Assembly: GCA_964620755.1 (NCBI GenBank)
Contig: CAZUHH010000008.1
Span: 123,314 to 187,313, forward strand
Source of the DNA: an uncultured Bacteroides sp.
GTDB taxonomy: Bacteria > Bacteroidota > Bacteroidia > G022818785
Direction: 5' to 3'
Length of the DNA stretch: 64,000 nucleotides
Shown here: positions 43,182 to 54,161 of the stretch, in pieces
How positions within the stretch are numbered: position 1 is the first letter of the stretch
How the letters are laid out: every line of letters starts with the position of its first letter
Position numbers and translations under genes: made by a program
The notes under the pieces: model-generated
The model's input: only the letters and a program-made list of their open reading frames with translations
What the model was told of the DNA's origin: nothing
Database searches by the model: none

Positions 43182-46100
43182 GGCAATACTTATATTTTTT
43201 ATTACTACCACATGGACATAATATATTTCTTTTAATTTTTTTATGTAATAATTTTGTATTATTATTAGGCAATGGATTATCCAAATGTGTTCTGATTATT
43301 TTTAATGAAATATTGCTAGTAAAATAAAAGTTAATAAAATCTTTATTAATTTGATTAATAGTATTTTGAAATAATTGAAATGATTCAAATTTATATATTA
43401 ATAATGGATCTTTTTGTTCATAAACTGCATTTTGAACAGATTGTTTTAATTCATGTATAAGTTTTAAATGTTTTTTCCAATTTGTATCAATAACATCAAG
43501 CATTAATGTTTTCTTAAAAAGAAATATTATATCTGTATTTTTATAATCTTTTACTTTAATAAAAAAATTATTAATATTATTTGAATAATTGACAACAAAG
43601 TTATTATAATTGTATTTTTTACTGAAAAATATAAAACTATTTTCTATTTTAGATTCTAGATATTGATATAATACTTTTACTTCATTTAATAATATAAATG
43701 TTATTTTATCTAAACTTTTTTCTAAAAAATCTTTTTTAGTTAGTTTAATATTTAAAGCAAATGTATGTAAAAAATCATTTTTTAAATTAAAAAAATTATT
43801 ATTTTTTTTATGTAAAAAGCATATTTTATTAATAATAATATTAATAATATTAAATATTTCTATATTTATTTTTTCTTTAAATAAAGAATTATATCTCATA
43901 GAATATAAAATTTTTCTTTGATAATCTATAATATTATCATATTCAATTAATTTTTTTCGTATTTCAAAATTACTTTCCTCTATTTTTTTTTGTGCTCTTT
44001 CAATTGATTTAGTAATTAAACTATGTTTAATAATATCATCATCTTTATATCCCATTTTATCCATAATATTATATATTTTATCAGAACCAAATAATCGCAT
44101 TAAGTCATCTTGCAATGAAATAAAAAATTGTGATGCCCCGGGATTACCTTGTCTACCTGATCTACCCCGCAATTGATTATCTATTCTTCTAGACTCATGT
44201 CGTTCTGTTCCTATTACAAATAATCCTCCTATAGAACAAACATCATTAGATATTTTAATATCAGTCCCTCTACCTGCCATATTAGTAGCAATAGTAACGC
44301 TATTTTTTAGTCCAGCTTCCTGTATAATATTAGCTTCTTTATAATAATTTTTTGCATTTAAAATATTATGATTAATATTATTTTTATATAGTAATTGACT
44401 CATTAATTCAGAATTTTCAATAGATGTTGTTCCAACTAATATAGGTATACCTTTATCATGAAGTTCAATTATTTTATTAACTATAAATTTATATTTAGCT
44501 TTTTTAGTTTTAAATATATAATCTTGATAATCATGTCTTATAACAGGCAAATGTGTAGGTATTTTTATAATATCTAAATTATATATTTCCCAAAATTCAT
44601 CAGCATCTGTTAAAGCTGTTCCTGTCATGCCACTTATTTTATTGTACATTCTAAAATAATTTTGTAATGTAATAGTTGCTAATATTTGATTAGATTCTTC
44701 AATTGTAACATTTTCTTTTGCTTCTATAGCTTGATGAATACCATCTGAATATCTTTTACCTTCTGCTATTCTTCCTGTTTGTACATCAATTATTTTAATT
44801 TTATCATTTTGTATAATGTAATCTTTATTAATTTGAAACAATGTATAAGCTTTTAATAATTGATTTAAATAATGTATTTTTTTAGATTTTAGAGCATATT
44901 CATTAATAATATTTTTAATTTTTTGCTTCTTTTTATCATCTGATATTGATTGGCTATTAATATAATTTAACTTGTTATTAATATCAGGAAGAATAAAAAA
45001 ATTATCATTTATATTGCTTTTAATAAAATTAATACCTTTATCAGTTAATTCAACCGAATTATTTTTTTCATCTATTACAAAATATAATTCTAAATCTATT
45101 TTATACATATATTTTTGTTGATTTTTTAAATAATTATTTTCAGTATTTTTTAATATATTTTTTACCTTTGCTTTGCTGAGATAATTTATAAAATTTTTGT
45201 CATTAGGCATTCCTCTATAAATTCTTAACAATAAAAATCCTCCATTATCATAATCATTTTGACTTATGAATTCTTTAGCTTGTATTAATATGGAATCAAT
45301 ATATTTTTTTTGTATATCATATAATTTATTAATATAAGGTTTTAAAATATTAAGATTAATATTATTATCTTCTTTATATGGTCCTGATATAACTAATGGT
45401 GTTCGAGCTTCATCTATTAATACAGAATCTACTTCATCTATTATTGCATAATTAAAATCATTAGACATAACTGTTTTAATGTCATTTGACATATTATTTC
45501 TTAAATAATCAAATCCAAATTCTTTATTTGTTCCATAAATTATATTTGCATTATATGCTAAAACTCTTTCTTTTGATCCAGGTAAATGTTTATCTATACA
45601 ACTAACAGAAATGCCATGAAATTCAAAAATTGGTTTCATCCATTGATAATCTCTTTTGGCTAAATAATCATTCACTGTTATAATATGAACACTATAATTA
45701 GACAAAGCATTTAAATATGCAGCACAGACAGATACCAATGTTTTACCTTCACCTGTACTCATTTCTGCTATTTTTCCCTGATGTAATACTACAGCACCCA
45801 TAAGTTGTTCATCATAATAACTCATATGCCATTTGGTAATAATATTATCAATATTCCATTTAGTATTCCATAAAGCATATTGATCTTTTATATTAACATA
45901 ATCATTATTTATAGCAATAATTTTATCATATTCGCTACATTGCACTTTCAAAGAATTTTTATTCTTAAATCTAAGACATGTTTCTTTAATAACAGCAAAT
46001 GCTTCAGGTAAAAGATCATTTAAAATAAATTTTATTTTATTTTGTCTCTTTTTATATAGTTTTTTAAGCTTTTCAATATATATTTTTTGCTCCTTTGAAT

Positions 46101-46341
46101 TTATATCATATGACTTTAATATTATTTGTGTATTTTTTATATCGTTATTTATTTCAATTAAATGGTCATTTATCTTTTTTTTAAAGTTAAATGTCATTTT
46201 TCTTAATTGATCATTGTTAACATTTTTAATTATGCTATGTTTACAGTTTATTAAATTAATTATGCTTTTTAATTTTGAAATATCTCTGGTATATTTTGTT
46301 TTAAATATTTCTTTTATAAATTTAATTAATCTTTTAATCAT
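43171..46341 (-). CDS. secA: Preprotein translocase ATPase SecA
   Basis: AEMSTGEGKTL, TVNDYLAKRD, IIDEVDSVLIDEARTPL, ATNMAGRGTDI, RRIDNQLRGRSGRQG, SEC-C motif CPCGSNKKYKYCHG. Confidence 0.98.
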   Translation of the reverse strand: MIKRLIKFIKEIFKTKYTRDISKLKSIINLINCKHSIIKNVNNDQLRKMTFNFKKKINDHLIEINNDIKNTQIILKSYDINSKEQKIYIEKLKKLYKKRQNKIKFILNDLLPEAFAVIKETCLRFKNKNSLKVQCSEYDKIIAINNDYVNIKDQYALWNTKWNIDNIITKWHMSYYDEQLMGAVVLHQGKIAEMSTGEGKTLVSVCAAYLNALSNYSVHIITVNDYLAKRDYQWMKPIFEFHGISVSCIDKHLPGSKERVLAYNANIIYGTNKEFGFDYLRNNMSNDIKTVMSNDFNYAIIDEVDSVLIDEARTPLVISGPYKEDNNINLNILKPYINKLYDIQKKYIDSILIQAKEFISQNDYDNGGFLLLRIYRGMPNDKNFINYLSKAKVKNILKNTENNYLKNQQKYMYKIDLELYFVIDEKNNSVELTDKGINFIKSNINDNFFILPDINNKLNYINSQSISDDKKKQKIKNIINEYALKSKKIHYLNQLLKAYTLFQINKDYIIQNDKIKIIDVQTGRIAEGKRYSDGIHQAIEAKENVTIEESNQILATITLQNYFRMYNKISGMTGTALTDADEFWEIYNLDIIKIPTHLPVIRHDYQDYIFKTKKAKYKFIVNKIIELHDKGIPILVGTTSIENSELMSQLLYKNNINHNILNAKNYYKEANIIQEAGLKNSVTIATNMAGRGTDIKISNDVCSIGGLFVIGTERHESRRIDNQLRGRSGRQGNPGASQFFISLQDDLMRLFGSDKIYNIMDKMGYKDDDIIKHSLITKSIERAQKKIEESNFEIRKKLIEYDNIIDYQRKILYSMRYNSLFKEKINIEIFNIINIIINKICFLHKKNNNFFNLKNDFLHTFALNIKLTKKDFLEKSLDKITFILLNEVKVLYQYLESKIENSFIFFSKKYNYNNFVVNYSNNINNFFIKVKDYKNTDIIFLFKKTLMLDVIDTNWKKHLKLIHELKQSVQNAVYEQKDPLLIYKFESFQLFQNTINQINKDFINFYFTSNISLKIIRTHLDNPLPNNNTKLLHKKIKRNILCPCGSNKKYKYCHGI

Positions 46342-46411
46342 ATAAGATGATATATTTTTTTTAAGTTATTTAATATTGTCTATATTTAGAATAAATAAAT
46401 TAATATATTAT

Positions 46412-47065
46412 ATGTTAATAAAAGAAAGATATAAACAATTTATAAAATATTTTTTATTTACAAATCCTAACCCAAAAACAGAATTAAAATACAATAATAA
46501 TTTTGAACTATTAATAGCTGTTATTTTATCAGCTCAATGTATGGATAAAAGAGTTAATATTATTACAAAAACATTATTTAAAAAATATAATAACCCATAT
46601 GATATAGCAAATGCTTCTATAAATGATATATTTTTTTATATTAAAAGTATTAGCTATCCTAATAGCAAAACTAAATACTTAATCGAATTAAGTAAAATAA
46701 TTGTCAATAAGTATTCAGGTCAAATACCTGATTCTAGATACGAATTAATGCAATTGCCAGGAGTTGGTAGAAAAACTGCTAATGTAATTTTATCAATAAT
46801 ATATAATAAACCAGTACTTGCAGTAGATAGACATGTAGCGAGAGTTTCCACCAGAATTGGTTTAGTATCATCAAAATATATTGACAAACCATTAATAATT
46901 GAACAAAAATTATCAAAAAATATATCTAAAAAATATATTATTATGGCTCATAATTGGCTAGTTCTACATGGTAGATATATATGTACAGCTAAAAATCCTA
47001 AATGTATAACATGTGGTATTAATCATATTTGTTGTTTTTTTACAAAAAATATAATTAATGCATAA
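46412..47065 (+). CDS. nth: Endonuclease III
   Basis: [12 protein letters not shown], Hh[18 protein letters not shown], Fe-S motif C-x6-C-x2-C-x5-C. The ATG at 46412 is the preferred start. Confidence 0.94.
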   Translation: MLIKERYKQFIKYFLFTNPNPKTELKYNNNFELLIAVILSAQCMDKRVNIITKTLFKKYNNPYDIANASINDIFFYIKSISYPNSKTKYLIELSKIIVNKYSGQIPDSRYELMQLPGVGRKTANVILSIIYNKPVLAVDRHVARVSTRIGLVSSKYIDKPLIIEQKLSKNISKKYIIMAHNWLVLHGRYICTAKNPKCITCGINHICCFFTKNIINA

Positions 47066-47084
47066 AATTTATAATATTCAATAT

Positions 47085-48077
47085 ATGAAAGATTTAAAAT
47101 CAGATAAAAATAAAGCATTATCTATAGTTTTAGAAAAACTTGAAAATGAATTTGGGAAAGGATCTATTATGAGATTAGGTGATCAACCAAGAGTTAAAAT
47201 TGAAGTTATATCAACTGGATCTATATCATTAAATAATTCATTAGGTATAGGTGGATTGCCAAAAGGACGTATTATAGAAATATATGGCCCTGAATCTTGT
47301 GGAAAAACAACACTTGCTATGCATGTTATTTCTGAATCTCAAAAAAAGGGAGGTATTGCTGCATTTATTGATGCGGAGCATGCTTTTGATAAAATATATG
47401 CAAAAAAATTAGGATTAGATGTAGATAATTTATTAATATCGCAACCGGATAATGGAGAGCAAGCATTAGAAATTACAGATAATCTTATTAAATCAGGAGC
47501 TATAGATATTATAGTAATTGATTCAGTAGCTGCTTTAGTACCTAAAGCAGAATTAGAAGGATATATGGGTGATAATAAATTAGGATTACAAGCTAGACTT
47601 ATGTCTCAAGCATTAAGAAAATTAACATCAAATGTTAGTAAAACAGGTTGTTGCTGTATCTTTATTAATCAATTAAGAGAAAAAATAGGAGTTATATTTG
47701 GGAATCCTGAAATAACTACAGGAGGAAATGCACTTAAATTTTATGCTTCCATTAGATTGGATATTAGAAAAATTGCTCAAATTAAAAATAATGATAACAA
47801 TGTAATTGGTATAAAGGTAAGAGTCAAAATTGTTAAAAATAAATTGGCACCTCCTTTTAAATTAGCAGAATTCGAAATTATATATAATGAAGGCATATCT
47901 ATAGTAAGTGAAATAATAGATATAGGAATTAACAAAAATGTTATACAAAGATCAGGATCATGGTTTAGTTATAATCAAAATAAATTAGGACAAGGCAAAG
48001 AAGCTGTTAAAAATTTAATATTAAGTGATACTAAATTAAAACAAGATATTTTAAAAAAAATTATTGATACGTTTTAA
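47085..48077 (+). CDS. recA: Recombinase RecA
   Basis: [58 protein letters not shown]. The start is 47058 or 47085. Confidence 0.97.
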   Translation: MKDLKSDKNKALSIVLEKLENEFGKGSIMRLGDQPRVKIEVISTGSISLNNSLGIGGLPKGRIIEIYGPESCGKTTLAMHVISESQKKGGIAAFIDAEHAFDKIYAKKLGLDVDNLLISQPDNGEQALEITDNLIKSGAIDIIVIDSVAALVPKAELEGYMGDNKLGLQARLMSQALRKLTSNVSKTGCCCIFINQLREKIGVIFGNPEITTGGNALKFYASIRLDIRKIAQIKNNDNNVIGIKVRVKIVKNKLAPPFKLAEFEIIYNEGISIVSEIIDIGINKNVIQRSGSWFSYNQNKLGQGKEAVKNLILSDTKLKQDILKKIIDTF

Positions 48078-48092
48078 ATACTATATCATATA

Positions 48093-49106
48093 ATGATAAT
48101 AAAAAAAAATTGTTCTTTATTAAAATTAAATTATTTTAAAGTTGATTATAATGCTTCAGCCTATATAATAGTAGAAAATAAAAATGAACTGTTGTTTTTA
48201 TATAGCAATCATTTTTTTAAAGGTAAATATTTATTTATGGGAGATGGTAGTAATATTTTATTTACAAGTGATTTTAAAGGAACTATATTTAATATTAATA
48301 TTAAAGGAATTCAATATTGTATTGATGGCAATAGTATTTATTTAAATATTAATAGTGGAGAAAAATTAAATGAAATAGTTAATTTATGTATTAGTAAAAA
48401 ATATTACGGAATTGAAAATTTAATTTTAATTCCAGGAACAGTAGGTGCTGCACCGGTTCAAAACATTGGTGCATATGGAATATCATTAGATAGTGTTATT
48501 CAAAAAGTTGAAGTATTTGATGTTAAAAATGGTGTTTTTAAGGTGTTTTCAAAAAAAGAATGTTTATTTGGATATAGAGATAGTCTTTTTAAAAGAAAGC
48601 AATATAATAATCAATATATCATAACAATGATTATGATAAAATTATCAAAAATCCAAAAAATAAATACCAATTATAAATCTATTAAAAAATATATAAAGAA
48701 CTATAATATTTTTAATCCCACAATTAAAGATATAGGTAATATTATTACCAATATAAGACTATCTATACTACCTAATACAACAATATTAGGAACTGCAGGT
48801 AGTTTCTTTAAAAATCCATTGATTGATTATAAAAAGTATCTTTTATTAAAAAATAATTATCCTGATATTAAAGGATTATATTATAAAAATAATAAAGTTA
48901 AAATATCGGCAGCACAATTAATAGATAAATGTAATTTAAAAAAAAAAATAATAGATAATATTGGTATTTGGCCAAAACATTCTTTGATAATTGTAAATTA
49001 TGGCAATACTAAAGGAATTAATATTTATAAATATTCAAAATACATATCTAGTGCTGTATATGATAAGTTCGGTATTAAATTAAATAACGAAGTTGTCATT
49101 ATATAG
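48093..49106 (+). CDS. murB: UDP-N-acetylenolpyruvoylglucosamine reductase
   Basis: GDGSNILF, ENLILIPGTVGAAPVQNIGAYG, FGYRDSLFK, AGSFFKNP, HSLIIVN, FGIKLNNEV. Confidence 0.94.
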   Translation: MIIKKNCSLLKLNYFKVDYNASAYIIVENKNELLFLYSNHFFKGKYLFMGDGSNILFTSDFKGTIFNINIKGIQYCIDGNSIYLNINSGEKLNEIVNLCISKKYYGIENLILIPGTVGAAPVQNIGAYGISLDSVIQKVEVFDVKNGVFKVFSKKECLFGYRDSLFKRKQYNNQYIITMIMIKLSKIQKINTNYKSIKKYIKNYNIFNPTIKDIGNIITNIRLSILPNTTILGTAGSFFKNPLIDYKKYLLLKNNYPDIKGLYYKNNKVKISAAQLIDKCNLKKKIIDNIGIWPKHSLIIVNYGNTKGINIYKYSKYISSAVYDKFGIKLNNEVVII

Positions 49107-50415
49107 TTTTACATTTATAAATTATTTTTTTTAAAATATTTAAGTATAATACTGTAATAATTATATTATTAATAATAAATGATAATAATAATATTATTGT
49201 CATCATATCATAAACATTAGCACTTATATACATTAAATTTATAAACGGTATTATTTTGATAAAAAATCCTATTGTAGGGGGTAATCCAATTATGTTAAAT
49301 ATAACTATTAATAGTATATATATATTTAATTTATAATGAATTTTTTCCTTAGGAAAAAATTCATTATAAATTAAATATATATATATAATAAAAATTAGAT
49401 TTAATAAACTATTAATAATTATATAATAAATAAAAAATTTAATATCTATAATATAATTATTAAATGATAATAACATAGTTAAGAATAAACCTGTTTGTCC
49501 AATTGATATATAGCCTAGCATTTTTTTTATATTATATTGATATAATGCTTTTATATTACCTAATGTCATAGTTATAATTGATAAAATTATTAAAACATTA
49601 TTTAAATTAATATTAATACTATAATCTGACATATTATATGATAAAATCATACAAAATATATTGTATAAAACAATTATATTAGTATATTTTATTATGACGG
49701 ATAATAGAATAATTATATCATAATCAATAGAATTATAAACATCAATAACCCATAAATTAAATGGGAAGGCACCTAATTTAAATAAAATACCTGATATGAA
49801 TAAATATATTCCAAACTTGTATATAGCAATACTATATTTATCTAGTATTTTAAAACATATATCAGTTAATATAAAATTTCCTGTTATATAATATATATAT
49901 GACATACCATATAACATTAATGCTGATATAAATAGTCCATAAATACAATAATGTAATGAAATTTTTAAAGATGAATTATTATCAGATAATAGTAAATATA
50001 AAATACATGATATGATTTCTATTGAAATATAAATCATAATAATATTATTACTAGAAATTGCAATACAACATCCTATTAAATTAGTTAATAATAATATTAT
50101 ATAATTTAATAATTTATCCTCCTTATAATACTTATTAAAATATTTTATAAATAATAGTACAATAAATGTTGCAAAATTCAAAAATAACTTAGACATATTT
50201 GTATATGTATTATATTTTATCATTTTATTAAATGATAATATATAATTGCAATTTGTATAACAAAGTGTATAAGTAATAATGCTTATTATTATTAATAAAC
50301 ATATTATTGTTATATAGAATATTATCTTTTTATTTTTAAGGATTAAATTTATAATAACAATTAAAAATATTGTTATTGATAAAAAAATTTCAGGTATTAT
50401 AGTTACTAAATCCAT
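49099..50415 (-). CDS. nuoN: NADH-quinone oxidoreductase subunit N (diverged)
   Basis: IIPEIFL, YISIEIIS, FKLGAFPFNLWVIDVY, MTLGNIKAL, NIKKMLGY, IGLPPTIGFFIK; follows nuoM. Confidence 0.85.
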   Translation of the reverse strand: MDLVTIIPEIFLSITIFLIVIINLILKNKKIIFYITIICLLIIISIITYTLCYTNCNYILSFNKMIKYNTYTNMSKLFLNFATFIVLLFIKYFNKYYKEDKLLNYIILLLTNLIGCCIAISSNNIIMIYISIEIISCILYLLLSDNNSSLKISLHYCIYGLFISALMLYGMSYIYYITGNFILTDICFKILDKYSIAIYKFGIYLFISGILFKLGAFPFNLWVIDVYNSIDYDIIILLSVIIKYTNIIVLYNIFCMILSYNMSDYSININLNNVLIILSIITMTLGNIKALYQYNIKKMLGYISIGQTGLFLTMLLSFNNYIIDIKFFIYYIIINSLLNLIFIIYIYLIYNEFFPKEKIHYKLNIYILLIVIFNIIGLPPTIGFFIKIIPFINLMYISANVYDMMTIILLLSFIINNIIITVLYLNILKKIIYKCKTI

Positions 50416-50439
50416 TTAAATAATTATTATTATTATATT

Positions 50440-51960
50440 TTATAAAAATAATTCATTATAGAGTAATACAATTGTATTATTTATCATATTTATAATTGTA
50501 AATGGCATTATTCCTAATAATAATAAAATCAATAATAAAAATATTAATATAATAGTTTTAACATTACTATAATTATTTAGTTTTTTTTCCCATATTAATC
50601 CTCCTTTCAAATATATATTCCCAAAAAACATTTTTTTAAGGATTAAAAAAAAACATACAGCATTTAAAAAAAAACCTACTATTATAATTAACAATATATA
50701 TAATAATGTATTAAAACTATTATATTGACATAATCCTATCATTGTAAGTAATTTTCCAATAAATAGTGAAAATCCTGGCATGCCTATACCTGCAAAAAAT
50801 GTCAATATAGTAATATATGTATAACATGGCATTATTAGTATTAATCCTTTAAAATGATTGATATTTCGACTATTAGTTTGAAAATAAACTATATCGCAGA
50901 TAATAAATAACATTGCAGATAAAATACTATGACTAATAATACTTATTATTGATCCTGTTAGACCTACAATTGAACCTGATAATACACCTAATAAAATAAA
51001 ACCCATATGAGATATAGAAGAATAAGCAATTATTGCCTTTAAATCATTTTTTATCATTATATTAATTATTCCATATATAAAAGTAATTAAGCTAATAGTA
51101 AAAGTGATATACTTATAATATAGTATTTGATCATATAAAAAATAATAAAATAATCTAATCATTCCATATACACCTGTCTTTAAAGTAATACTGGATAATA
51201 TTATGGAAACAGGAGTACATGCACTTACATGTGCATTTGGCAACCAATTATGGAATGGAAATATTGCGGATTTTATTCCTAATGATATGAAAAATAATGT
51301 AAATGTTATAATTTTTAAATTTATCGTATTAATAATGTTATCATTATTATATAAATTAAAAGCTAAACTTATTATTTCATTATTAAAACTTTTACAATAA
51401 TATAATATAATTATTCCCATTAAAAGCATTAAAGATCCTCCAATTGTATATATTGCAAATTTTGTTGCTGAATATGACCTATTTTTATTGCCCCATAATA
51501 TTATTAATAAATATATAGGTATTAACATTAATTCATAAAATATATAAAAAAGTATTAAATCCATTGCGCAAAAATATCCAATAGAAATAACATTAATTAT
51601 TAAAATTAATGACAAGTATAATTTATAATTATATTCAACATTGTAAGATAATACAATACTAATTATAGTAATTAATGAACATAATATAATAATAGGCAAA
51701 TTAATTCCATCTACAGCTACATGATAGTATACTATAATTTTTTTATTTAAGATATTTATACAAAACCATTTTATATTTTCACTATATGTAATATTATATT
51801 TTTGAATTATAAAATTTACACATATTATTATTTCCAATAATAATTGTATTATTATTGAAATAATAGATATTATATAATAACAAAATCTATTGAAAATATT
51901 TTTAAAAATTAAAAAAAATAATAAAGCAATAGTAGGAATAAATATTATGGTTGATATCAT
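50440..51960 (-). CDS. nuoM: NADH-quinone oxidoreductase subunit M
   Basis: VDGINL, FYIFYELMLIPIYLLI, KSAIFPFHNWLPNAHV, LKTGVYG, DLKAIIAYSSISHMGF. Confidence 0.92.
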   Translation of the reverse strand: MISTIIFIPTIALLFFLIFKNIFNRFCYYIISIISIIIQLLLEIIICVNFIIQKYNITYSENIKWFCINILNKKIIVYYHVAVDGINLPIIILCSLITIISIVLSYNVEYNYKLYLSLILIINVISIGYFCAMDLILFYIFYELMLIPIYLLIILWGNKNRSYSATKFAIYTIGGSLMLLMGIIILYYCKSFNNEIISLAFNLYNNDNIINTINLKIITFTLFFISLGIKSAIFPFHNWLPNAHVSACTPVSIILSSITLKTGVYGMIRLFYYFLYDQILYYKYITFTISLITFIYGIINIMIKNDLKAIIAYSSISHMGFILLGVLSGSIVGLTGSIISIISHSILSAMLFIICDIVYFQTNSRNINHFKGLILIMPCYTYITILTFFAGIGMPGFSLFIGKLLTMIGLCQYNSFNTLLYILLIIIVGFFLNAVCFFLILKKMFFGNIYLKGGLIWEKKLNNYSNVKTIILIFLLLILLLLGIMPFTIINMINNTIVLLYNELFL

Positions 51961-53774
51961 ATTATAATAAATAATTGTATAAATAATATTAAACTATATA
52001 TGATAATACAAAATATTAAATATCTTTTTATATTACTATCTAATACAACAATTAATGTTATATTAATCAACTTTATCAAAGATATTATATGTTTCCAGCA
52101 ACACATTAATATATGATTTATATATTTATAATATATTATTGTTTTATATATAAATATGTATATGATAACAAATAAGTAATCTACAATATAATTTGATTTT
52201 TCAATATAAAAAATCATATTATTAAATAGATAACAACGTGATGTTGATATACTATTATTATTAATATTATTATTAGTGTTAAAATAATAATAAATAAACG
52301 TAATAATCATAACAAAAGGTGTTATATAATATGAATGTATAAATGTTATATAATTTATATAATCAAATATTTTACTATAATTAATAATTAATATTGAGCA
52401 AATAATAACATTAATTATTACTAATATGCCACATATAATATTGCTTACAATATTAATACTTATATCATTTTTATATGTATTCGATGTTATAATTGTCCAT
52501 TGTTTAGTTATTACTATTGTAGAAACAGTATAAGAAATTATTATTGATAATATCAATGCATACTTTGTATAAAAATTAATATTATCAAATGTATATATAT
52601 TATGCAAAATAATATTTTTAATAAAAAAGCTATTTAAAAATGGAAATCCACTAATAATAAAAGATGATATCGTATAATATAAATATATTTGACTTTTTAT
52701 TTTTATATATATATTTTTGATATTTATTTTGTTTTTTTTTAATAAAATTAATCCTAATACTAAAAAAAAAAGAGATTTATAAAATGCATGTATAATAATA
52801 CATAAAATAGAATATAACAGTTTATTTATCACAGTTAATACCATAATATGACTGTATTGTATAACAGTTAAATATGCTAAAATTTCTTTTATATTAAAAC
52901 TAAATAGTAGTTTATATGAACATACTAAATTAGTAATAAAACTAATATAAAATGTAATTGGTATAGATATACTAGTATCAATTATTTGCGACATTTTAAT
53001 TATTATTAAAATACCTATTGTAGTTATTGTTGTTGTATGTATAAATGCTGAAATTGGAATAACTGCACTCATAGCACTAATAATCCAATTTGTAAATGGC
53101 CATTGTGATAATTTAATATATGAAAAAATCAAAATTAAAAAAGTTATTATCGATGAATTATAAGTATTGATTGAATAATTAATATTAGTTGTATTATTAA
53201 GATATAATATTAAAATAATTGCTGCTAAAAGACATGAACTACTAATTTTATTAAAATAAAATATTATATTGTCAACTTTCATTTTACTTATAGTATCTAT
53301 TTTAATACCAATTAGAAAATATGATATAGTGCCTATAATATCTAAAAAAAATAACATAATAATTATATCATTAGATACTATAAAACCTGTTGTAAAAAAA
53401 ATAAAAGCATTAATTAAAAACCAATACATTCTTATATACTCATAGTTTATTATGTATTGTAATGAATATAATTGAATAAGAATACCAATAAAGAAAATTG
53501 TTCCTAGCAAATATATGTTAATATAATTAATATGTATATTCATACATATATTTAATTTATTAAATATTAATAAATTAAATATATGTATGAAATATTCTGT
53601 TTTTATATCATATATATAATATATAAAACAACAAAATAATAAAATTAGTGTTAATAATATATGAAACGATATTATAGATATAATACTATATTTTATATAC
53701 TTATATGGTATTATTATAATTGTTAATAACAATATTACATATAAGACAATATTGCAAATAATAAATAATGGCAT
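51957..53774 (-). CDS. nuoL: NADH-quinone oxidoreductase subunit L (strongly diverged)
   Basis: 605-aa polytopic protein between nuoK and nuoM. Residual motifs: IQLYSLQY, SYFLIG, KLSQWPF..W...AM...PISAFIH, IKEILAY, HAFYKSLFFL. Confidence 0.8.
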   Translation of the reverse strand: MPLFIICNIVLYVILLLTIIIIPYKYIKYSIISIISFHILLTLILLFCCFIYYIYDIKTEYFIHIFNLLIFNKLNICMNIHINYINIYLLGTIFFIGILIQLYSLQYIINYEYIRMYWFLINAFIFFTTGFIVSNDIIIMLFFLDIIGTISYFLIGIKIDTISKMKVDNIIFYFNKISSSCLLAAIILILYLNNTTNINYSINTYNSSIITFLILIFSYIKLSQWPFTNWIISAMSAVIPISAFIHTTTITTIGILIIIKMSQIIDTSISIPITFYISFITNLVCSYKLLFSFNIKEILAYLTVIQYSHIMVLTVINKLLYSILCIIIHAFYKSLFFLVLGLILLKKNKINIKNIYIKIKSQIYLYYTISSFIISGFPFLNSFFIKNIILHNIYTFDNINFYTKYALILSIIISYTVSTIVITKQWTIITSNTYKNDISINIVSNIICGILVIINVIICSILIINYSKIFDYINYITFIHSYYITPFVMIITFIYYYFNTNNNINNNSISTSRCYLFNNMIFYIEKSNYIVDYLFVIIYIFIYKTIIYYKYINHILMCCWKHIISLIKLINITLIVVLDSNIKRYLIFCIIIYSLILFIQLFIII

Positions 53775-53794
53775 AAAAATAAATATTAATAATA

Positions 53795-54090
53795 TTATTT
53801 ATTTATTGAAGTAATATTATTTAAATTTGAGTTTTTATAACATATGAGTATATTTATTACAATAGATGTTATAATAGTAATATTAATTATAGAGATCATA
53901 ATGATAAATAATGATATTACTTGTCCATTAATATTAATTAAATTATATAAATTACTTGAGGTGATCATATTATAAATAGAAGCACTTATCATTAATTCTA
54001 TACCTATTATTATCAAAATAATATTTTTTTTTTTAAAACAATAAAAACACCAAAAATAAATAATATTATGCTTACAATTAAGTTATTCAT
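53795..54090 (-). pseudogene. nuoK: NADH-quinone oxidoreductase subunit K, split by a frameshift in an A11 tract (possibly slippage-rescued)
   Basis: The ATG at 54090 gives MNNLIVSIILFIFGVFIVLKKK and then stops at TGA 54015-54013. A second frame continues NIILIIIGIELMISAS...GQVISLFII. The junction is the T11 run at 54024-54034. Confidence 0.78.
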
Positions 54091-54161
54091 ATTAAAAGAT
54101 ATTATTTTATATATAAAATATTAATAATTATATTTTTTAGAAATTTATCATATAAATTATA

